From: Candidatus Pyrohabitans jungbluthii
GTDB lineage: Archaea > Hydrothermarchaeota > Hydrothermarchaeia > Hydrothermarchaeales > BMS3B
Direction: 5' to 3'
Length of the DNA: 64,000 nucleotides
NCBI GenBank assembly: GCA_002010065.2
Contig: MTMD02000006.1
Coordinates: 1-64,000, forward strand
Shown: one piece after another, positions 1-9,464 of the stretch
How the letters are laid out: each line of letters starts with the position of its first letter
Position numbering within the stretch: position 1 is the stretch's first letter
Position numbers and translations under genes: made by a program
Notes under the pieces: generated by a model
Seen by the model: the letters and a program-made list of their open reading frames with translations, nothing else
Databases searched by the model: none
Told to the model about the DNA's origin: nothing

Positions 1-1130
1 TTTATCATCACGTTTAGGCCAAGCTTTACGTTGTCGCCTATAACAGCGCCCATCTTTCGCCTGCCAGTATCTACGAGCTCGCCCTTTATGCGCATCTTCA
101 CATTTGCATTGTCCAGGCGGAGGTTACCCACCTTTGCTCCAGCACCGAAGTTGCAGTTCCTTCCAATGATGGAGTCGCCCACGTAGCTTAAATGCGCTAT
201 GTGCGTGCCGTCCATAATTATTGAGTTCTTAACTTCCACCGCGTTGCCCAGCCTGCACCCATCGCCTATTGCAGTGAAGCTACGAAGGTAGGTGTTTGGG
301 CCGATGACGCTCCCTCTGCCTATGTAGGCCGGGCCTTCGATGTAGCTCCCTGACTTTATCACTGCGCCCTCGGCAAGGTAAACCCTGCCCTTAATGCTCA
401 CCCTCCCCTCCACTTCCCCAGCGATGCAATGAGGCATCTCCTCAAGCAGAGCCTTACTCGCCTCGAGGTAGTTCCAGGGCGTGCCTATATCCAGCCACCT
501 TCCATGTATCTCAACACCTCTTACCTCGCCCTTGCGGAGGAGCAGCTCCAGCGTAGACGTAATCTCGTACTCTCCGCGTGGCGAGAGAGGGGTTCTTTCA
601 ATAGCCTCAAAGACCTCTGGGGAGAATGCATAGATGCCCGCGTTAATCAGATTGCTCTCAGGTTTAGATGGCTTCTCCACTATCTTCTCAACTCTGCCAG
701 CTTTGCCAAGCGTTACCACGCCGTAGCCTCGAGCATCGCTTACACGGCGACATGCTATAGTGGCGGCGCCTTGATGCTCAGCAATAAGCTTAGCTATATC
801 TTCGCTGCTCACTAGGGTATCGCCATTGAGCACCAGAAAATCTTCATCAAAGCTTGCCTGGGCAATTGCATGAGCCGTACCGAGGCGTTCCTCTTGCACG
901 AGGTAATCGATGCTCACCCCCAGCGCAGAGCCATCGCCGAAGTGGCTACGTATGGCATCGCCCAGGTAGCCGATAACTATGGTAATCTCTTTAATTCCCG
1001 CCTCCTTCACCGCCTCCACCACATGCTGCAGCAGGGGTTTGCCCACCAGGGGTAGCATCGCCTTAGGTTGGGTCTCGGTCAGTGGCTCAAGGCGCTCCCC
1101 TTTGCCCGCCGCTAAAATTAAAGCACGCAT
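1..1130 (-). CDS. Bifunctional sugar-1-phosphate nucleotidylyltransferase/acetyltransferase (GlmU-like), runs off window start
   Basis: Manual translation from ATG at 1130: MRALILAAGKGERLEPLTETQPKAMLPLVGKPLLQH (LAAGxGxR...PK motif), GTAHA motif, C-terminal hexapeptide region with HIAHLSYVGDSIIG and NFGAG; absent from ORF track because it is truncated. Confidence 0.9.
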   Translation of the reverse strand, partial: MRALILAAGKGERLEPLTETQPKAMLPLVGKPLLQHVVEAVKEAGIKEITIVIGYLGDAIRSHFGDGSALGVSIDYLVQEERLGTAHAIAQASFDEDFLVLNGDTLVSSEDIAKLIAEHQGAATIACRRVSDARGYGVVTLGKAGRVEKIVEKPSKPESNLINAGIYAFSPEVFEAIERTPLSPRGEYEITSTLELLLRKGEVRGVEIHGRWLDIGTPWNYLEASKALLEEMPHCIAGEVEGRVSIKGRVYLAEGAVIKSGSYIEGPAYIGRGSVIGPNTYLRSFTAIGDGCRLGNAVEVKNSIIMDGTHIAHLSYVGDSIIGRNCNFGAGAKVGNLRLDNANVKMRIKGELVDTGRRKMGAVIGDNVKLGLNVMI

Positions 1131-1131
1131 T

Positions 1132-2328
1132 CTAAGCACCAAACTTCTCACTCTTATTCAGGAGGTCAAGCAGTATGGGCATTAAGTCCATGCCCCGGAT
1201 GCGATTTAGCCCGCCTTTTGCGCACGCTCGTTCGCTGAAGGCAGCGACCTCGTCAGTTCTCACCTCTGGGCCTGCGATTAGTATGGGCACAGTATCGCCG
1301 GTGTGGTCGCCCACGCTGCATGGTGTGGTGTGGTCTGACATCACCACAATGTAGTTCTCCTGCACAAAGTCTAAAAACTCGCCCACCATCGCATCGATCG
1401 CCTCAATAACCCTAACTTTCTTCTCTGGCGAGTGGTCGTGCCCCGCTTCATCCGCCTCCTTAATATTCATTAGCAGAAAGTCAACCTCTTCCAGAGCGAG
1501 AAGCGCCTGCTTTGCTCGAGCGATGTAATCTTTTTCCGCCTCTATCACCTTCATCCCGGCTAAGCGGGCAATGCCCTTAATAATAGCTGTCGTCGCTATG
1601 CAGGCGCCACTCAGGCGGTAGCGCTGGGAGAAGCTCTCCAGCTTTGGCACTACTCCAGCGCCTCGCGCGAGAAGGTAGTTTGCCGGTGGGAGGTTTTCAG
1701 CCCTGCGCCTTGCATTAACCTCATGCATCTCCAGAATCTCATGCGCACGCCTTGAAAACTCCTCCAGAAGCTGGGCAGTGCGTCTCGCCTCGGCGCTGTC
1801 ATCGAGAGGCTGCGCAGGGTGCACCTTTACCTCAGTGGCATGCGGGTCAGTGTCGCTCACCCTGTAGCTGAGTCCTTCGCCTCGAAACACCAGGGCACAG
1901 CGGTACGCCAGCGAGGCAAGCTTAATCTCTACCCCTGGCAGGCGGATGTTGCGTAGGGCATCGACAAGCGCAGAGGTATCTTCTATCCTCCCAGCGCGCC
2001 TGTCCTTGACCACAAGGTTCTCGTCGACGGTGGCGAAGTTGCACCTGAAAGCGACGTCACCCTCGCGTAGCTCAATTCCCATGCCCGCGGCCTCAAAAGG
2101 TCCACGTCCAGTGTAAACCTCACATGGGTCATAGCCAAGGATAGCCAGGTGCGATGTATCGCTTCCAGCTCTAATCCCTGGCGCAACTGGGTCAACTATG
2201 CCCGTTATTCCCATCGCTGCAAGCGCATCCAGGTTGGGTGTATCTGCAGCCTCCAGTGGAGTTTTTCCCCCAAACGCCTTCACAGGTCGATCCGCTAAAC
2301 CGTCGCACACAACAACAAGCGCCTTCAT
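1132..2328 (-). CDS. apgM: 2,3-bisphosphoglycerate-independent phosphoglycerate mutase, archaeal type
   Basis: DGLADRP, GSDTSHL, YTGRGPFEA, DEAGHD, SDHTTP, DHTGD motifs. Confidence 0.95.
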   Translation of the reverse strand: MKALVVVCDGLADRPVKAFGGKTPLEAADTPNLDALAAMGITGIVDPVAPGIRAGSDTSHLAILGYDPCEVYTGRGPFEAAGMGIELREGDVAFRCNFATVDENLVVKDRRAGRIEDTSALVDALRNIRLPGVEIKLASLAYRCALVFRGEGLSYRVSDTDPHATEVKVHPAQPLDDSAEARRTAQLLEEFSRRAHEILEMHEVNARRRAENLPPANYLLARGAGVVPKLESFSQRYRLSGACIATTAIIKGIARLAGMKVIEAEKDYIARAKQALLALEEVDFLLMNIKEADEAGHDHSPEKKVRVIEAIDAMVGEFLDFVQENYIVVMSDHTTPCSVGDHTGDTVPILIAGPEVRTDEVAAFSERACAKGGLNRIRGMDLMPILLDLLNKSEKFGA

Positions 2329-2413
2329 AGCACGCCCTCGCCATGCATTTGCTTAGCAAAGATTTAAAACTTTTGGAATGGTGGAAAATAAAAGAAGTAT
2401 AAGATTGAAGAGA

Positions 2414-2860
2414 CTAAACCTCCTTGAGCTTCTCAAGGATTATCGCTGGCCTTATGTGGGTTATTCCTTCGAGCTTTCCTATCTTCTCAGATATAAGAGA
2501 AGAAAGCTCTTTGCCATTCTTGGTCCAAACCTCAGCCATAATCATGTGGTCACCTGTTGAGGTTGCGACGAAGCGCACCTCCTCAAACTCAGTGAGCTTC
2601 TCAGCCACGCTGAGAAACATGTCCGGATTTGTGTTTATACCCACAAGGGCGACGGTAGAAAAGCCCATTTTGGCAGGGTCTACAACTATGGTATAACCCT
2701 TTATAACCCCCATCTTTTCAAGGGCGTCAACGCGCTTTCTCACCGTTGCCTCGCTTACATGAAGCTTCCTGGCTATCTCAGTAAAGGGCGTGCGAGCGTC
2801 TCTGCGCAGAATCTCTATTATTTTAAGGTCTTTTTCGTCGAGCATCATATCATCCACCAT
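2414..2860 (-). CDS. Lrp/AsnC family transcriptional regulator (LrpA/Ptr2-like)
   Basis: [39 protein letters not shown] plus RAM domain ([13 protein letters not shown]). Confidence 0.93.
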   Translation of the reverse strand: MVDDMMLDEKDLKIIEILRRDARTPFTEIARKLHVSEATVRKRVDALEKMGVIKGYTIVVDPAKMGFSTVALVGINTNPDMFLSVAEKLTEFEEVRFVATSTGDHMIMAEVWTKNGKELSSLISEKIGKLEGITHIRPAIILEKLKEV

Positions 2861-3055
2861 GTCAATTGTAACGATACGTATAATAATTATAACGAAATTA
2901 GATATTTTTAGACTGAATTAAGTTGTGCATATCTTATATAAGTAAGTTCGAAATTCGTATTATATTGTTATTATCGTTGCGAACTCCACACCAAAATTTT
3001 ATATACCTGGCACATATAATAACGAAATACATAATAAAAAGTGAGGTGATGTGTA

Positions 3056-3163
3056 TTGGCAGAGTGGAAATGTAGTGAGTGTGGATTTACCAAGTCTTCG
3101 AGGTGCAAACCTCGAAAGTGTCCGGAGTGTGGAGCCTCGGGCAAATTTGTAAAAGCTGAATAG
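3056..3163 (+). CDS. RCKP-type rubredoxin-like Zn/Fe-ribbon miniprotein (35 aa)
   Basis: TTG start after GAGGTGA RBS; MAEWKCSECGFTKSSRCKPRKCPECGASGKFVKAE with two CxxC pairs; below ORF-track cutoff. Confidence 0.8.
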   Translation: MAEWKCSECGFTKSSRCKPRKCPECGASGKFVKAE

Positions 3164-3176
3164 GGAGGTAGAAAAT

Positions 3177-3680
3177 ATGGGAAAGACAGAAGAAAATCTT
3201 GCAAAAGCGTTCGCGGGCGAGAGCCAGGCAAACCGCCGCTACCTCGCCTTTGCGAAGAAGGCAGAGGAAGACGGCTACCCCAACGTAGCCAGGCTTTTCA
3301 GGGCCGCCGCAGAAAGCGAGACCATACATGCTCTGAACCACCTCAAGGTCATGGGCGGCGTTAAATCCACTGTAGAAAACCTCAAGGCTGCCTATGAGGG
3401 TGAGACCTACGAGAAGACTGAGATGTACCCTGAGTTCATAAACACAGCCAAAGAAGAGGGCAACGCTGAGGCGGAGAGAACATTCACCTGGGCGATCAAG
3501 GCGGAGGAGGTTCACGCAGAGCTTTACACCAAGGCAATGGAGGCTGTGAAGGCAGGCAAAGATGCGGAGCTTGGTTCGCTTCAGGTTTGTCAGGGTTGTG
3601 GCTATACTGTTGAAGGAGATGCTCCTGAGCGGTGCCCGGTTTGCGGTGCCCCCAAAGAGAGGTTCAAGGAGGTAGCTTAG
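3177..3680 (+). CDS. rbr: Rubrerythrin
   Basis: AFAGESQA, EtiHA, GETYE, EEVH diiron ligands; C-terminal CxxCG...CPVC. Confidence 0.95.
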   Translation: MGKTEENLAKAFAGESQANRRYLAFAKKAEEDGYPNVARLFRAAAESETIHALNHLKVMGGVKSTVENLKAAYEGETYEKTEMYPEFINTAKEEGNAEAERTFTWAIKAEEVHAELYTKAMEAVKAGKDAELGSLQVCQGCGYTVEGDAPERCPVCGAPKERFKEVA

Positions 3681-3854
3681 GTGTGCGACCCCAGCAAGGG
3701 TCCCACCCTCCACATTTTAATCTGCGCTCAGTGTGGTACTGAGAACGAAGCCTTCAGCGATGAGGCGAGAATAAACTGCGAAAGCTGCGGCGTGGAGATA
3801 AGCAACCCCTACTACCATGTGCACACCCCTGTAAAGTGTGAAGCAGAAAACTGA
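3681..3854 (+). CDS. Small Zn-ribbon protein (57 aa)
   Basis: GTG directly after rbr stop; MCDPSKGPTLHILICAQCGTENEAFSDEARINCESCG...; two CxxC pairs. Confidence 0.6.
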   Translation: MCDPSKGPTLHILICAQCGTENEAFSDEARINCESCGVEISNPYYHVHTPVKCEAEN

Positions 3855-3959
3855 TTTAGTATTTTTTAATTTTTACAATGAAATGCTCCGTTCGGAGTGT
3901 AGCAACAGAAAATTATTAATCAGTGGATAAGCAATTAGTTTAATTTGGGAGGTGTTGAG

Positions 3960-4463
3960 ATGAGGAAGATGACTGAAGAGGACATCAAGGCAGCTTTTGC
4001 TGGCGAGAGCCAGGCGCATATGAGATACCTCATATTTGCGGAGGAGGCAGAGAAAGAGGGCTTCCCGAATATTGCGAAGCTCTTCAGAGCGATAGCGTAT
4101 GCGGAGCAGGTGCACGCGACAAACCACTTCAAGGCCCTTGGTATGCTGGGGAGTAGCAAGGAGAACCTCGAGGAAGCGACTGCTGGCGAGACATTTGAAG
4201 TTGAGGAGATGTACCCTGCCTACAACGCTGTGGCAGAGCTTCAGGGGGAGAATGAAGCGAAGGTGAGTATCCGCTACGCCCTTGAGGCTGAGAAGATTCA
4301 CTCTGAACTTTACGCTGAGGCGAAGAAGGTTGTGGAGGCGGGAAAAGACATAGAGGTGGAGAAGATCAGCATATGCCCCAAGTGTGGCCACACAGTTATA
4401 GGCGAGGCACCAGATTACTGCCCTGTTTGCGGGGCGAAGAAGGAAGAATTTAAGGTATTCTAG
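3960..4463 (+). CDS. rbr: Rubrerythrin (second paralog)
   Basis: AAFAGESQAHMRY, EQVHA, GETFE, EKIH, CPKCG...CPVC. Confidence 0.95.
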   Translation: MRKMTEEDIKAAFAGESQAHMRYLIFAEEAEKEGFPNIAKLFRAIAYAEQVHATNHFKALGMLGSSKENLEEATAGETFEVEEMYPAYNAVAELQGENEAKVSIRYALEAEKIHSELYAEAKKVVEAGKDIEVEKISICPKCGHTVIGEAPDYCPVCGAKKEEFKVF

Positions 4464-4475
4464 GAGGTGAAGGAA

Positions 4476-4838
4476 ATGGCAGATTTTTCCCTTAAAGGAG
4501 TGAACAAGCCCAAGGATCCAGAGAATCTTACTGATTTGGAGAAGAAGCACACCCCAGTAATACACGTGCCAGAGGAGATTAAGCCGGGCGAACCCTTCAG
4601 CGTCAAGGTCGTTGTAGGAGAGCTGCTCAAGCACCCCAATGAGCTCAGCCACTACATAAACTGGATTGCCCTCTATGACGAGCAATACACTTTCCTGGGA
4701 ATGGCGACCCTTGCTCCGGCGGTGAGCCACCCCAAAGTTAGGTTCACCATCTCCCTGGACGAGCCCACCACTTTGAGAGCTTTTGCATTCTGCAATCTCC
4801 ACGGGCTCTGGCAGGGGAAAAAGGAAGTCGAGTTCTAA
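4476..4838 (+). CDS. sor: Superoxide reductase (neelaredoxin-type, 1Fe-SOR)
   Basis: EKKHTP, HPNELSHYI and CNLHG iron ligands. Confidence 0.9.
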   Translation: MADFSLKGVNKPKDPENLTDLEKKHTPVIHVPEEIKPGEPFSVKVVVGELLKHPNELSHYINWIALYDEQYTFLGMATLAPAVSHPKVRFTISLDEPTTLRAFAFCNLHGLWQGKKEVEF

Positions 4839-4847
4839 GGTGAGCGC

Positions 4848-6053
4848 ATGAAGGCGAAGCAGATAAAGCCAGGCATCTACTGGGTTGGTGCCATAGACTG
4901 GAATGTCAGAGACTTCCACGGCTACGTCACACCAAGAGGCACAACCTACAACAACTTCCTCATCATGGACAAGAAGATTACACTGATAGACACGGTTAAG
5001 TCCGACTTCGCAGATGTGATGTTTGAGCGCATCCGCTGCCTCACCAACCCTGAGAAGATAACCGTAGCCGTGTGCAATCACATTGAGATGGATCACGCTG
5101 GCTCCTGGGACAAAGTCATGAAGGTGGCAAAGAAGGCAACGTTGTACACCACAGAGAGGGGGAAGCAGGGTCTTGAAAAGCACTTCGACACTACAGGCTG
5201 GGATATCCAGGTGGTTAAGACCGGTGATACGGTTAAAATAGGCGAGAAAACCCTCATGTTCATAGAGACACCTATGCTCCACTGGCCGGATAGCATGATG
5301 ACCTACATACCTGAGGACAAGCTTCTCATCTCCCAGGACGCCTTTGGTCAGCACTTGGCCCAGGCGGTGCTATTCGACGATCTCGTGCCTCAGGAAACCC
5401 TGGAAGATGCGGTCATAGACTACTACGCCAACATCTTAATGCCCTTCGGCAAGCTGATAAAGGCTAAGATTGCGGAGATTCAGAAGCTGAGATTGGAGAT
5501 AGACATGATTGCCCCCGACCACGGTGTAATCTGGAGGAAGAACCCGCAGAAAGTTATCAACATGTATTTAGACATGGCAAACGGGAAGGCAGAGGAAGGT
5601 ATTGTTATAGTCTATGACACAATGTGGCACTCCACGGAGAAGATGAGCAGGGCTGTGCTCGACGGCATACTCGATGAAGGTATGTATGCGGAGGTTATAA
5701 AGCTCAGGGAGACGCCCATGAGCGTGGCAATAAAGCAGTTCTGGAAGTATCGTGGACTTCTTGTTGGCACACCTACGCTGAATAATGCTATGTTCCCCTC
5801 TGTCGCGGAGTTTCTCCAGCATCTCCGTGGTTTGAGACCAGCCAACCGCATAGCCAGCGCCTTCGGTAGCTATGGTTGGGGCGGTGGGGGTGTGAGAGAA
5901 GCATTGCAGGTGCTCAAGTCCATGAAGCTGGAGGTGGTTGAGCCAGGGTATGAGGTGAACTACCGCCCGAATAAAGAGGACTACGACGCCGGCTATGATT
6001 TTGGCAGACTGTTTGCCCAGAATGTTAGGGAGTACCACAGGAAGTCTGAGTAG
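4848..6053 (+). CDS. fprA: Flavodiiron protein FprA (O2/NO reductase)
   Basis: [30 protein letters not shown] metallo-beta-lactamase domain plus flavodoxin domain (TMWHSTE, FGSYGW). Confidence 0.95.
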   Translation: MKAKQIKPGIYWVGAIDWNVRDFHGYVTPRGTTYNNFLIMDKKITLIDTVKSDFADVMFERIRCLTNPEKITVAVCNHIEMDHAGSWDKVMKVAKKATLYTTERGKQGLEKHFDTTGWDIQVVKTGDTVKIGEKTLMFIETPMLHWPDSMMTYIPEDKLLISQDAFGQHLAQAVLFDDLVPQETLEDAVIDYYANILMPFGKLIKAKIAEIQKLRLEIDMIAPDHGVIWRKNPQKVINMYLDMANGKAEEGIVIVYDTMWHSTEKMSRAVLDGILDEGMYAEVIKLRETPMSVAIKQFWKYRGLLVGTPTLNNAMFPSVAEFLQHLRGLRPANRIASAFGSYGWGGGGVREALQVLKSMKLEVVEPGYEVNYRPNKEDYDAGYDFGRLFAQNVREYHRKSE

Positions 6054-6064
6054 GAGGTGGTTCG

Positions 6065-6202
6065 GTGGCCAAATACAGGTGCACTGTTTGCGGATATGTA
6101 TATGATGAGGAGAGCGAAGGCAAGCCTTTCAATGACCTTCCCGACGATTGGCACTGTCCTGTGTGCAATGCTCCCAAGGATGCATTTGAGAAGGAGGAGT
6201 AA
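6065..6202 (+). CDS. Rubredoxin (45 aa)
   Basis: GTG start after GGAGGTGG; [45 protein letters not shown]. Confidence 0.92.
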   Translation: MAKYRCTVCGYVYDEESEGKPFNDLPDDWHCPVCNAPKDAFEKEE

Positions 6203-6238
6203 AACCTCCTTTTTAGTTTATTAATGTTTGGGGTAAGG

Positions 6239-6480
6239 ATGCTGAAGCCGAGAGATGAGGTTCCTGGAATAACCTTGGGGAGCCTTGAGGGCAAGGTGAA
6301 CCTCAGGCAGGCTTCTGAGGGTATAGCGGTTTTCTATTTCTGTACCAAAGACACACCTCAGGCTGCATCAAGGAAGCTAAAAGCTTTAGGGATGCATGGA
6401 GGAGTTTGAAAAAGCTAGGAGTAAGGGTTTATAAGAGCTTTGCTGAGAAACACTCCCTCAACTTCCTTCTGCCGCAAAAT
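6239..6480 (+). pseudogene. bcp: Frameshifted, truncated Bcp-type peroxiredoxin
   Basis: Fragments in different frames: AVFYFCTKDTP / GCIKEAKSFRDAW / FAEKHSLNFLL match Bcp motifs YFYPKDxTPGCTxEA..FRD and FAEKxxLNFPLL. Confidence 0.7.
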
Positions 6481-6481
6481 C

Positions 6482-7153
6482 TTATAAAAACTCCTTCTCC
6501 AGATTCCACACAGTTTCGAGCACCTTGATGCCCTTTGGTGTAATTCTATAGGACCTGCTACCGTTCTGCATTACAAGCTCTTGCTCTTTAAGCTTTCTCA
6601 GGTGAAAGCTCACCTTTGTGTGGTCTCTTACGCCAAGCGCCTTAACCATCTCCATCAACTTCATGCTGTCCTTTTCAAAAAGTATCTCCAGTATATCTCT
6701 TCTCAGCGGGTTGGAGACAGATTTTAGCACTTCATTGGCACGTCTTCCAAACCTCTTCTTTAAGCGCTGCTGTTCAATGGCGTTTCTCACGGCATGCTGA
6801 ATCTCTCCCTTTTTAAAGGGTTTTTCAATGTAATCGAAGGCTCCTTTTTTAATTGCCTCAACGGTGTTTGGAATTGTGCCAAAGGCGGTCATGATAATAA
6901 CAGCGCAGTTGGGTTGGCGCCTCTTAATTTCCTGGATAATGTCGGTTCCCTTTACACCGGGTAGCATGAGGTCAAGAAGCACCACATCGTAATTCTCAGA
7001 TTCTATCTTTTTCAAAGCTTCCTCTGGAAGGGTGGCTACATTCACTTCGTAGCCCTCTTTGGTCAGCAGTTTGTGAAGCAGATTCTGAATTTCCTTTTCG
7101 TCATCCACCACAAGTATTCTACCTGTAATTTCCTGGCCCCCAGCTTTTTCCAT
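6482..7153 (-). CDS. Response regulator: REC domain fused to ArsR-like wHTH
   Basis: ILVVDDE, LLDLMLPG, IMTAFG, GAFDYIEKPF; C-terminal SNPLRRDILEIL...VSFHLRKL. Confidence 0.9.
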   Translation of the reverse strand: MEKAGGQEITGRILVVDDEKEIQNLLHKLLTKEGYEVNVATLPEEALKKIESENYDVVLLDLMLPGVKGTDIIQEIKRRQPNCAVIIMTAFGTIPNTVEAIKKGAFDYIEKPFKKGEIQHAVRNAIEQQRLKKRFGRRANEVLKSVSNPLRRDILEILFEKDSMKLMEMVKALGVRDHTKVSFHLRKLKEQELVMQNGSRSYRITPKGIKVLETVWNLEKEFL

Positions 7154-7307
7154 TATAATAATTTAGCTCCCTTTCAACTTTTATAGTTATCGTTGAACAT
7201 GCCCACTATCCTGGTTGATATTCATCAACGGGAAGACTGTTAGGTTTATATCTCCTTCTGCTGGAGGGTCTCTTCCATCCCATGTGTCAATTTTACCTAT
7301 ATTTGAG

Positions 7308-8159
7308 TTACATCACAACCTGCTTCAGCACCCTGCTCGGATCCTTCTTGTTCTCTCTTATACCCAACTTTTCTGGCTTAATACCCATCGCAAGACCGAG
7401 GAACTGGGTGATATACAAGCTTGGCACATCGTAGCTCTCCTTGAACTCCTGCTCCGCCTTCACCTGAAGTCCATCGAGGGAGACCTGACAGAAGGGGCAC
7501 ATGGTCACAGCCAGCTGGGCATCGCGCTCCTTCATGCTGAGCAGGCGCTGCCTTGCTAGGTTTATGCCAAGCTCTTCGCTAAGTGCAAGCAGCGGAGCAC
7601 CGCAGCACTTGTCCATGTCTCTGTACCTCACCACCTTCCCACCTGCGAGCTTGATAATCTTTTCAAGTTTCTCTCTTGCGCCAAAGTCCACGTACTCACT
7701 GGGTCGTGAGGAGTGGCAGCCTGCGAAGGGCGCAACCTTTGCGGAGATTTTCTTAACGATGTGTTCCGGCTTTATGCGCTCAGCGATTAACTCCAAGAGG
7801 TGGTATACCTCAATTGTGCCCTTCACCTCGCGCCCAATTATGCGAAGCCTCTCATTCACCTTCTCCCGGAGCTTCTCATCCTGCTTTAGTTTTGTATTCG
7901 CCACGCGCAGCGTTTTGTAACAGCCGTTGCACAGCGCAACCAGAGGTTTGCCCTCCTCCTCTGCGACAGCGATGTTGCGCGCAGAGAAGAGCAGAGCTGC
8001 AAACTCGTCCAGAGGCTCTGTGTTTAACCCGCAGCAGGTGAAGGGCTTGTCGTATAGCTTTATCCCCAGCTTCTCTGCCACAGCGCGAGCAGAAAGCTCA
8101 TACTGGTTCTCGCGGTAGGGGATGTTACATCCCGGAAAGTAAAGGTAACCATCGCTCAT
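7308..8159 (-). CDS. hdrB: Heterodisulfide reductase subunit B-like (CCG domains)
   Basis: YFPGC, TCCG, LCNGC, GCH, KCCG, CPFC. Confidence 0.9.
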   Translation of the reverse strand: MSDGYLYFPGCNIPYRENQYELSARAVAEKLGIKLYDKPFTCCGLNTEPLDEFAALLFSARNIAVAEEEGKPLVALCNGCYKTLRVANTKLKQDEKLREKVNERLRIIGREVKGTIEVYHLLELIAERIKPEHIVKKISAKVAPFAGCHSSRPSEYVDFGAREKLEKIIKLAGGKVVRYRDMDKCCGAPLLALSEELGINLARQRLLSMKERDAQLAVTMCPFCQVSLDGLQVKAEQEFKESYDVPSLYITQFLGLAMGIKPEKLGIRENKKDPSRVLKQVVM

Positions 8160-8674
8160 TTTTCGCTCTCCTCACCCTTCATAATCTTTTCAAACCTTGT
8201 GCCTGAGATGAGCTTCTTTACTTCTTCCTCGTCTATCGGCTCAATTGGAGGTAAGCCCATGTCCTCGCGCATGAAGTTGGTAAAGTCGTCAATCTCAAAA
8301 AGCCTGCCTATTCTCGCGATGTTCTCGTTTATGTTTTTAAATGCCGCAGGCACCTTGCCCTCCTTGGCTGCGACGTTCTTTATTGCCATGAGCACAGTAG
8401 CAGGCTTCACATCGCGGGGGCAGCGCTCAGTGCAGAGGTAACAGACTGCGCAGTACCATGGCTCAAGGCTCTCAAGTACCCTGTCTACCCCGAGAACCGC
8501 CATCCTTATAATCTTGCGGGGATTGAAATCGTCTCTAAATGGATTAACAACACAAGTCGCCGTGCACGTGCCACACTGATAGCATCGGGATATAAACTCT
8601 CCACCCGGTTCCTGCTTGATTTTCTTAACCAGATCAGAACTTACAACCCTGTACTTTGGCTGTATTTTTTCCAT
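8156..8674 (-). CDS. hdrC: Heterodisulfide reductase subunit C-like (2x4Fe-4S)
   Basis: CYQCGTCTATC and CAVCYLCTERCP; overlaps hdrB start. Confidence 0.9.
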   Translation of the reverse strand: MEKIQPKYRVVSSDLVKKIKQEPGGEFISRCYQCGTCTATCVVNPFRDDFNPRKIIRMAVLGVDRVLESLEPWYCAVCYLCTERCPRDVKPATVLMAIKNVAAKEGKVPAAFKNINENIARIGRLFEIDDFTNFMREDMGLPPIEPIDEEEVKKLISGTRFEKIMKGEESEK

Positions 8675-8749
8675 TCCAATCCATCCTGAGCAGGTGTGAT
8701 TATCAACTTAAGTGCGCTTCCTATTCTTAATAATTTATCATTTAAAAAT

Positions 8750-9430
8750 TTATCGAATCAGAGCGAGCACATGCTTCAGAGCCTCGACAGCGCCCATGCC
8801 AAAGCTGTGGTTTGTTACAAGGTTAGCAACATCGCGAAGCGAGGGCTCGCTCACAGCAATGGCGTAGCCAGCTTTGGCAAGCATATCCCGGTCGTTCTCA
8901 CTGTCACCTATGGCAACTATTTCCTTCATCGCAAAACCTCGAAGCTTCGCCACCTCTTCCAGCGCTCTGCCCTTGCTTACCCCAGGCGACTTTATGTGGA
9001 TGGCAAACTTTGTATCCACAACCTCCACGTTGAAGCCGGTTAGAAGTTCACGCACCTCAGCGGCGGTGATGCCTTCTCGAAGTATTGCTACCTCAGTCTT
9101 GCGTTGCTCTGAATTGGGCACAAGCTTAACCTCTCGCTTTGCAGCAAGGTGGTTAAAGGCTCTGTGCACCTCCAACACGTCCCCAAGGTAGCGCTCCACC
9201 CCCAGCAGGAGGTCTTTTATGACACCACCATTCTCTGCTATTATCGCTCCTGTAGTGCCAATGAATGTCTGCACAGTCTCGGTAACGCACAGTATGTTGC
9301 CCGTGGCGAGGATAACTGGCACGCCTCGACGCTCAAGCTCGCGAAGGAGCGCCACAGCTTCAAGCTCAAGCCTTCGCTTCGCATCGGTGAGGGTGCCATC
9401 TATATCTATTGCCACTGCCTTTATTCGCAT
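8750..9430 (-). CDS. Phosphoglycolate phosphatase, archaeal SPP-like HAD family
   Basis: DIDGTLT, ATGN, AENGG, SKG, GDSEND. Confidence 0.88.
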   Translation of the reverse strand: MRIKAVAIDIDGTLTDAKRRLELEAVALLRELERRGVPVILATGNILCVTETVQTFIGTTGAIIAENGGVIKDLLLGVERYLGDVLEVHRAFNHLAAKREVKLVPNSEQRKTEVAILREGITAAEVRELLTGFNVEVVDTKFAIHIKSPGVSKGRALEEVAKLRGFAMKEIVAIGDSENDRDMLAKAGYAIAVSEPSLRDVANLVTNHSFGMGAVEALKHVLALIR

Positions 9431-9464
9431 GGAATTTCTTTTAAAATCAACGTAGGCAATGTTT

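Noticed and set aside
3873-5354. 493-aa minus-strand ORF (and similar long antisense ORFs at 12956-13699, 55408-56310)
   Set aside because: Shadow frames opposite well-supported genes; no motifs
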